DNA from: Macrostomum hystrix
Lineage: Eukaryota > Animalia > Platyhelminthes
Length of the DNA stretch: 64,000 bases
Direction: 5' to 3'
Assembly: GCA_950097015.1 (NCBI GenBank)
Contig: CATNEN010000039.1
Span: 3,224,001-3,288,000, forward strand
The position numbers were made by a program, and so were the translations under genes. The notes under the pieces are model-generated. The model worked only from the letters and a program-made list of their open reading frames with translations, made no database searches and was not told where the DNA came from. Of this stretch, positions 51,401 to 60,400 are shown in pieces; positions within the stretch are counted from its first letter, which is position 1, and every line of letters begins with the position of its first letter.

Positions 51401-54400
51401 TGTCTCGCCCGTAGCAGCAGTCGAAGCTGCATTGGATGGCGATTCAATCTCGATGCTTGGTGCCACGGAAGGAGAAGAGCTCTCGGTCGAAGCCGACACC
51501 GTACTCGTCGCAGTCGCTTCCGAAGTGCTTACAGGTGGCGTCTCGACTCCCGCTGCGCTTGAGGCTTCTGGCTTGCTCGTTGCTGCAGTCGAAGCTGCAC
51601 TGGATGGCGATTCAGTCTCGATGCTTGGTGTCGAAGCGGTAGAAGAGGTCACGGTGGAGGCCGACTCCGTACTTGTCGCAGTCGCTTCCGAAGTGCCTAC
51701 CGTCCGCGTCTCGACTCTCGCTGTACTTGTGGCTTCTGGCTCGCCCGTTGCAGCAGTCGAAATTGCAATAGATGGCGATTCAGTCTCGATGCTTGGTGTC
51801 TTGGAAGAAGAAGAGCTCTCGGTCGAAGCCGACACCGTACTCGTCGCAGTCGCTTCCGAAGTGCTTTCAGATGACGTCTCGACTCTCGCTGCGCTTGAGG
51901 CTTCTGGCTCGCCCGTAGCAGCAGTGGAAGCTGCACTGGATGGCGATTCGGTCTCGATGCTTGGTGTCACGGAAGCAGAAGAGCTCTCGGTCGAAGCCGT
52001 CACCGTACTCGTCGCAGTCGCTTCCGAAGTGCCTACTGTCCGCGTCTCGTCTCTCGCTGTGATTGTGGCTTCTGGCGCGCTCGTTGCTGCAGTCGAAGCT
52101 GCACGGGATGGCAATTCAGTCTCGATGCTTGGTGTCGAAGCGGCAGAAGAGGTCACGGTGGAGGCCGACTCCGTACTTGTCGCAGTCGCTTCCGAAGTGC
52201 CTACGGTCCGCGTCTCGACTCTCGCTGTGATTGTGGCTTCTGGCTCGCTCGTTGCTGCAGTCGAAGCTGCACTGGATGGCAATTCAGTCTCGATGCTTGG
52301 TTTCGAAGCGGTAGAAAAGGTCACGGTGTAGGCCGACTCCGTACTTGTCGCAGTCGCTTCCGAAGTGCCTTTGGTCCGCGTCTCGACTCTTGCTGTACTT
52401 GTGGCTTCTGGCTCGCCCAATGCAGCAGTCGAAATTGCTATAGATGACGATTTAGTCTCGATGCTTGGTGTCTTGGAAGAAGAAGAGCTCTCGGTCGAAG
52501 CCGACACTGTACTCGTCGCAGTCGCTTCCGAAGTGCCTACTGTCCGCGTCTCGACTCTCGCTGTGCTTGTGGCTTCTGGCTCGCTCGTGGCTGCAGTCGA
52601 AGCTGCAGTGGATGGCATTTCAGTCTTGATGCTTGGTGTCGAAGCGGAAGAAGAGGTCACGGTGGAGGCCGACTCCGAACTTGTCGCAATCGCTTCCGAA
52701 GTGCTTTCAGTCGGTGTCTCGACTCTCGCTGTGCTTGTGGCTTCTGGCTCGCTCGTGGCTGCAGTCGAAGCTGCACTGGATGGCAATTCAGTCTCGATGA
52801 TTGGTGTCGAAGCGGCAGAAGAGGTCACGGTGGAGGCCGACTCCGTACTTGTCGCAGTCGCTTCCGAAGTGCTTACAGTCGGCGCCTCGACTCTCGCTGT
52901 ACTTGAGGCTTCTGGCTCACCTGTTGCAGCAGTCGAAATTGTAATAGATGGCGATTCAGTCTCAATGCTTGGTGTCACGGAAGCAGAAGAACTCTCGGTC
53001 GAAGACGACACTGTACTCGTCACAGTCGCTTCCGAAGTGCTTACAGGTAGCGTCTCGACTCCCGCTGCGCTTGAGGCTTCTGGCTCGCTCGTTCCTGCTG
53101 TCGAAGCTGCACTGGATTGCGATTCAGTCTCGATGCTTGGTGTCGAAGAGGCAGAAGAGGTCACGGTGGAGGCCGACTCCGTACTTGTCGCACTCGCTTC
53201 CGAAGTGCCTACTGTTCGCGTCTCAACTCTCGCTGTACTTGAGGCTTCTGGCTCGCCCGTTGCAGCAGTCGAAGCTGCACTGGATGGCGATTCAGTCTCG
53301 ATGCTTGGTGTCACGGAAGCAGAAGAGCTCTCGGTCGAAGCCGACACCGTACTCGTCGCAGTCGCTTCCGAAGTGCCTGCCGTCCGCGTCTCGACTCTCG
53401 CTGTGATTGTGGCTTCTGGCGCGCTCGTTGCTGCAAGCGAAGCAGCACTGGATGGCGATTCAGTCTCGATGCTAGGTGTTACGTAAGAAGAAGAGCTCTC
53501 GGTCGAAGCCGACACCGTGCTTGTCACAGTCGCTTCCGAAGTGCTTACGGTCGGCGTCTCGACTCTCGCTGTACTTGTGGCTTCTGTCTCGCCCGTAGCA
53601 GCAGTCGAAGCTGCATTGGATGGCGATTCAATCTCGATGCTTGGTGCCACGGAAGTAGAAGAGCTCTCGGTCGAAGCCGACACCGTACTCGTCGCAGTCG
53701 CTTCCGAAGTGCCTACTGTCCGCGTCTCGTCTCTCGCTGTGATTGTGGCTTCTGGCGCGCTCGTTGCTGCAGTCGAAGCTGCACGGGATGGCAATTCAGT
53801 CTCGATGCTTGGTGTCAAAGCGGAAAACAAGGTCACGGTGGAGGCCGACTCCGAACTTGTCGCACTCGCTTCCGAAGTGCCTACGGTCCGCGTCTCGACT
53901 CTCGCTGTACTTGTGGCTTCTGGCGCGCTCGTTGCTGCAGTCGAAGCTGCACTGGATGGCAATTCAGTCTCGATGCTTGGTGTCGAAGCGGAAAAAGAGG
54001 TCACGGTGGAGGCCGACTCCGTACTCGTCGCACTCGCTTCCGAAGTGCCTACTGTCTTCGTCTTGACTCTCGCTGTGATTGTGGCTTCTGGCGCGCTCGT
54101 TGCTGCAGTCGAAGCTGCACTGGATGGCAATTCAGTCTCGATGCTTGGTGTCTTGGAAGAAGAAGAGCTCTCGGTCGAAGCCGACACCGTACTCGTCGCA
54201 GTCGCTTCCGAAGTGCTTACAGATGACGTCTCCACTCTCGCTGCGCTTGAGGCTTCTGGCTCGCCCGTAGCAGCAGTCGAAGCTGCACTGGATGGCGATT
54301 CAGTCTCGATGCTTGGTGTCACGGAAGCAGAAGAGGTCACGGTGGAGGCCGACTCCGTACTTGTCGCACTCGCTTCCGAAGTGCCTACTGTTCGCGTCTC

Positions 54401-57400
54401 GACTCTCGCTGTGATTGTGGCTTCTGGCGCGCTCGTTGCTGCAGTCGAAGCTGCACGGGATGGCAATTCAGTCTCGATGCTTGGTGTCGAAGCGGCAGAA
54501 GAGGTCACGGTGGAGGCCGACTCCGTACTTGTCGCAGTCGCTTCCGAAGTGCCTACGGTCCGCATCTCGACTCTGGCTGTACTTAAGGCTTCTGGCTCGC
54601 CCGTAGTAGCAGTCGAAATTGCAATAGATGGCGATTCAGTCTCGATGCTTGGTGTCACGGAAGCAGATGAGCTCTCGGTCGAAGCCGACACCGTACTCGT
54701 CGCAGTCGCTTCTGAAGTGCTTACAGATGACGTCTCGACTCTTGCTGCGCTTGAGGCTTCTGGCTCGCCCGTAGCAGCAGTCGAAGCTGCACTGGATGGC
54801 GATTCAGTCTCGATGCTTGGTGTCACGGAAGCAGAAGAGGTCACGGTGGAGGCCGACTCCGTACTAGTCGCACTCGCTTCCGAAGTGCTTACAGATGACG
54901 TCTTGACTCTTGCTGCGCTTGAGGCTTCTGGCTCGCCCGTAGCAGCAGTCGAAGCTGCACTGGATGGCGATTCAGTCTCGATGCTTGGTGTCACGGAAGC
55001 AGAAGAGGTCACGGTGGAGGCCGACTCCGTACTTGTCGCACTCGCTTCCGAAGTGCTTACAGATGACGTCTCGACTCTCGCTGCGCTTGAGGCTTCTGGC
55101 TCGCCCGTAGCAGCAGTCGAAGCTGCACTGGATGGCGATTCGGTCTCGATGCTTGGTGTCACGGAAGCAGAAGAGCTCTCGGTCGAAGCCGACACCGTAC
55201 TCGTCGCAGTCGCTTCCGAAGTGCTTACAGATGACGTCTCGACTCTCGCTGCGCTTGAGGCTTCTGGCTCGCCCGTAGCAGCAGTCGAAGCTGCACTGGA
55301 TGGCGATTCGGTCTCGATGCTTGGTGTCACGGAAGCAGAAGAGCTCTCGGTCGAAGCCGACACCGTACTCGTCGCAGTCGCTTCCGAAGTGCCTACTGTC
55401 TGCGTCTTGACTCTCGCTGTGATTGTGGCTTCTGGCTCGCCCGTAGCAGCAGTCGAAGCTGCACTGGATGGCGATTCAGTCTCGATGCTTGGTGTCGAAG
55501 CGGTAGAAGAGGTCACGGTGGAGGCCGACTCCGTACTTGTCGCAGTCGCTTCCGAAGTGCCTACCGTCCGCGTCTCGACTCTCGCTGTACTTGTGGCTTC
55601 TGGCTCGCCCGTTGCAGCAGTCGAAATTGCAATAGATGGCGATTCAGTCTCGATGCTTGGTGTCTTGGAAGAAGAAGAGCTCTCGGTCGAAGCCGACACC
55701 GTACTCGTCGCAGTCGCTTCCGAAGTGCTTACAGATGACGTCTCGACTCTCGCTGCGCTTGAGGCTTCTGGCTCGCCCGTAGCAGCAGTGGAAGCTGCAC
55801 TGGATGGCGATTCGGTCTCGATGCTTGGTGTCACGGAAGCAGAAGAGCTCTCGGTCGAAGCCGACACCGTACTCGTCGCAGTCGCTTCCGAAGTGCTTAC
55901 AGATGACGTCTCGACTCTCGCTGCGCTTGAGGCTTCTGGCTCGCCCGTAGCAGCAGTCGAAGCTGCACTGGATGGCGATTCATTCTCGATGCTTGGTGTC
56001 GAAGCGGAAAAAGAGGTCACGGTGGAGGCCGACTCCGTACTTGTCGCAGTCGCTTCCGAAGTGCCTACGGTCCGCATCTCGACTCTCGCTGTACTTGAGG
56101 CTTCTGGCTCGCCCGTAGCAGCAGTCGAAGCTGCACTGGATGGCGATTCAGTCTCGATGCTTGGTGTCACGGAAGCAGAAGAGGTCACGGTGGAGGCCGA
56201 CTCCGTACTTGTCGCAGTCGCTTCCGAAGTGCCTATGGTCCGCGTCTCGACTCTTGCTGTACTTGTGGCTTCTGGCTCGCCCGTTGCAGCAGTCGAAATT
56301 GCTATAGATGACGATTCAGTCTCGATGCTTGGTGTCTTGGAAGAAGAAGAGCTCTCGGTCGAAGCCGACACCGTACTCGTCGCAGTCGCTTCCGAAGTGC
56401 CTACTGTCCGCGTCTCGACTCTCGCTGTGCTTGAGGCTTCTGGCTCGCTCGTGGCTGCAGTCGAAGCTGCAGTGGATGGCATTTCAGTCTTGATGCTTGG
56501 TGTCGAAGCGGAAGAAGAGGTCACGGTGGAGGCCGACTCCGAACTTGTCGCAATCGCTTCCGAAGTGCTTTCAGTCGGTGTCTCGACTCTCGCTGTGCTT
56601 GTGGCTTCTGGCTCGCTCGTGGCTGCAGTCGAAGCTGCACTGGATGGCAATTCAGTCTCGATGATTGGTGTCGAAGCGGCAGAAGAGGTCACGGTGGAGG
56701 CCGACTCCGTACTTGTCGCAGTCGCTTCCGAAGTGCCTGCCATCCGCGTCTCGTCTGTCGCTGTGCTTGTGGTTTTTGGCTTGCCCGTTGCTGCAATCGA
56801 AGCAGCACTGGATGGCGATTCAGTCTCGATGCTAGGTGTTACGTAAGAAGAAGAGCTCTCGGTCGAAGCCGACACCGTACTCGTCGCAGTCGCTTCCGAA
56901 GTGCTTAAGGTCGGCGTCTCGACTCTCGCTGTGCTTGAGTCTTCTGGCTCGCTCGTTTTTGCTGTCGAAGCTGCACTGGATTGCGATTCAGTCTCGATGC
57001 TTGGTGTCTTGGAAGAAGAAGAGCTCTCGGTCGAAGCCGACACCGTACTCGTCGCAGTCGCTTCCGAAGTGCCTACTGTCCGCGTCTCGACTCTCGCTGT
57101 GCTTGAGGCTTCTGGCTCGCTCGTGGCTGCAGTCGAAGCTGCAGTGGATGGCATTTCAGTCTTGATGCTTGGTGTCGAAGCGGAAGAAGAGGTCACGGTG
57201 GAGGCCGACTCCGAACTTGTCGCAATCGCTTCCGAAGTGCTTTCAGTCGGTGTCTCGACTCTCGCTGTGCTTGTGGCTTGTGGCGCGCTCGTTGTTGCAG
57301 TTGAAGCTGCACTGGATGGCGATTTGGTCTCGATGCTTGGTGTCACGGAAGCGGAAGAGCTCTCGGTCGGAGCAGACACAGTACTCGTCGCAGTCGCTTC

Positions 57401-60400
57401 CGAAGTGCTTACAGATGGCGTCTCGACTCTCGCTGCGCTTGAGGCTTCTGGCTCGCTCGTTGCTGCAGTCGAAGCTGCACTGGATGACGATTCAGTCTCT
57501 AAGCTTTGTGTCGCACCGACCGTTGATTCTGTAGGAGCAGGTGACTCATGTGTTGATTTCGCTGACGTTTTAAGTTTACTTGCATTCAGTGTTGTGTCAT
57601 CCAGAACTTGGCTAGGCTTCGTCTCCTTTGTTTTTGTATATACTTCAGTCTCAATGGCAGCAGCAGTAGTACTAATATCAACTGATGGAAAACTAGTATG
57701 CAACGCCGTTGCTGTCCCCATATCAACGGTTGATGGCGCGTCGGCAGTGGAGCCCTCTGTCGAAGCCGACTCCGTTCTCGTCGCAGTAGCTTTCGAAGAG
57801 CTTACAGTCGGCGTCTCGATTTTCGCTGTGCTTGTGGTTTCTTGTTTGCGCGTTGCTGCAGTCGAAGTTCCACTGAATGGCATTTCAGTCCCGATGCTTG
57901 GTGTCGAAGCGGAAGAAGAGGTCACGGTGGAGGCCGACTCCGTACTTGTCGCAGTCGCTTCCGAAGTGCCTGCCGTCCGCGTCTCGACTCTCGCTGTGCT
58001 TGTGGCTTCTGGCTCGCTCGTGGCTGCAGTCGAAGCTGCAGTGGATGGCATTTCAGTCTCGATGCTTGGTGTCGAAGCGGAAGAAGAGGTCACGGTGGAG
58101 GCCGACTCCGAACTTGTCGCAATCGCTTCCGAAGTGCCTACTGTCGGATTCTCGACTCTCGCTGTGCTTGAGGCTTCTGGCTCGCTCGTGGCTGCAGTCG
58201 AAGCTGCAGTGGATGGCAATTCAGTCTCGATGCTTGGTGTCGAAGCGGTAGAAGAGGTCACGGTGTAGGCCGACTCCGTACTTGTCGCAGTCGCTTCCGA
58301 AGTGCCTATGGTCCGCGTCTCGACTCTTGCTGTACTTGTGGCTTCTGGCTCGCCCGTTGCAGCAGTCGAAATTGCTATAGATGACGATTCAGTCTCGATG
58401 CTTGGTGTCTTGGAAGAAGAAGAGCTCTCGGTCGAAGCCGACACCGTACTCGTCGTAGTCGCTTCCGAAGTGCCTACCGTCCGCGTCTCGACTCTCGCTG
58501 TGCTTGAGGCTTCTGGCTCGCTCGTGGCTGCAGTCGAAGCTGCAGTGGATGGCATTTCAGTCTCGATGCTTGGTGTCGAAGCGGCAGAAGAGGTCACGGT
58601 GGAGGCCGACTCCGAACTTGTCGCAATCGCTTCCGAAGTGCTTTCAGTCGGTGTCTCGACTCTCGCTGTGCTTGTGGCTTCTGGCTCGCTCGTGGCTGCA
58701 GTCGAAGCTGCACTGGATGGCAATTCAGTCTCGATGATTGGTGTCGAAGCGGAAGAAGAGGTCACGGTGGAGGCCGACTCCGAACTTGTCGCAATCGCTT
58801 CCGAAGTGCCTACTGTCGGATTCTCGACTCTCGCTGTGCTTGAGGCTTCTGGCTCGCTCGTGGCTGCAGTCGAAGCTGCAGTGGATGGCATTTCAGTCTC
58901 GATGCTTGACGTTTCTGTTATTTTTGAATTGGTTGTTTCGGTTTTGCTCTGTTTGCTTAGGGTTTCTGTTGTCCTGCTTTTTCCTGCTTCGAATAATTCC
59001 CAGGTGTCATTGTGGCATGCTGTGCAGCAGTCGATTAGTTTGTTGAAAGCGTTTAGGTGCTGCAGAAAATGAATAAAGAACTCTTTGCTTCCGTTTTTTG
59101 GTTCCTTGAGATGCTGAGTGGCATTCAGTCCTTTGGTTTTGCACTCCACGCAGCAGTGTTTTAGGATTATGTCGAATGTGTTTTGGAATCCGGCTGAAAA
59201 ATCAGTTGTTAGGATTTTGTAGTGAGTTTGAGGTTATATTTGAATAATGCTCTGGCATGATTTTTGTAGCATTATTTTCTTTTTACGGCTTGGCAAAAAG
59301 GAGTGTTGTTTTTTGCTTTAAACTGCCAAATTGAGCTTTTATCTTCAGCTTCTGTCACGGAGAAATGACATATCGCTTGTTCCAGACAACTTGACCTCGG
59401 TTGAGGGACGGTCTGCCTTTGCTATCTTCTGGGTTGGCTGAATTCAGGGCAAGCAGGTTCGGATTTGAAGCCAGTGGTGACCAGTGCCATGTGCACTTCC
59501 GGCCAGTCACTCGTTGGACCCCAGGTCCTACAGCTGCTTCTGCAGGTGCTAATTATCTGACATTCATTTTCAGCCCTAAATATCTTTATGACTTTCAACT
59601 TTGACATTGAGGTGCAGATTGGCAGCAGTAAAGCGTGTATTACGTTAGCATACGAGGGTCTCTCAGAATGTCTTTTGCCTGAGTATGATCCACGATTCGC
59701 TTTTGACTAGGATTTTAAATAGGATTTTGATTGTGGAAAAATAAATTATTTTTGAATGTTTATTTTTTCAGATAAATATAATAAATTCTTTTTTCCAAAT
59801 AATTAAAATATAACAATAGATACTTATGTAAAACATATCTAACAAAAGTATGATCCACGAGGAAATTTTTCTATGCATCAACTATCTACTGAAAACAGCC
59901 TCACAGTGAAATTTTCAAATACAAGTATAAGTAGCCAACCTTGAGCAGTTTTTATGGGTTTTTAGTTGTTACGAGCGTACGTTGCTGTTTCCATACTTGG
60001 GGTGACACTTTCAGCAACACAATCTGCTGCGATTCCAGCAACACATTCTGCTGCGATTCCAGCAACACATTCTGCTGCGATTCCAGCAACACATTCTGCT
60101 GCGATTCCAGCAACACATTCTGCTGCGATTCCAGCAACACATTCTGCTGCGATTCCAGCAACACATTCTGCTGCGATTCCAGCAACACAATCTGCTGCGA
60201 TTCCAGCAACACATTCTGCTGCGATTCCAGCAACACATTCTGCTGCGATTCCAGCCACACAATCTGCTGCGATTCCAGCAACACATTCTGCTGCGATTCC
60301 AGCAACACATTCTGCTGCGATTCCAGCAACACATTCTGCTGCGATTCCAGCAACACAATCTGCTGCGATTCCAGCAACACATTCTGCTGCGATTCCAGCC

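Noticed and set aside
15630-59072. Long plus-strand ORFs (up to 2079 aa; V/A/L/E/D/S-rich) and many short R/S/L/C-rich ORFs over the array
   Set aside because: Antisense and alternate-frame shadows of the repetitive mucin exon. They are broken by stops wherever the sense frame has TAC/TTA-type variants, and they lack their own gene signals.
59147-59149. GTG start of the 14,526-aa ORF (bacterial-style giant adhesin)
   Set aside because: The frame is open upstream to a splice acceptor at 59193, a proper signal-peptide exon exists, and neighbouring exons carry spliceosomal introns and animal domains.
15569-59149. Identity with the described giant flatworm adhesive proteins (Macrostomum ap1/ap2) or with vertebrate gel-forming mucins
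   Set aside because: From recall, those have much longer or Lys/Arg-rich repeats and vWD/C8/TIL-type domains. None is seen here: the repeat is 56 aa and acidic, and the flanks are Kunitz/WAP/Ig. A BLAST search is needed to exclude this formally.
59422-59607. Minus-strand ORF in intron 1 as an additional exon
   Set aside because: No convincing phase-compatible donor and acceptor pair, and no domain; exon 1 joins exon 2 directly in frame.
59651-59680. TACGAGGG, resembling the start of a mariner terminal inverted repeat
   Set aside because: No matching inverted end or transposase found in the window.
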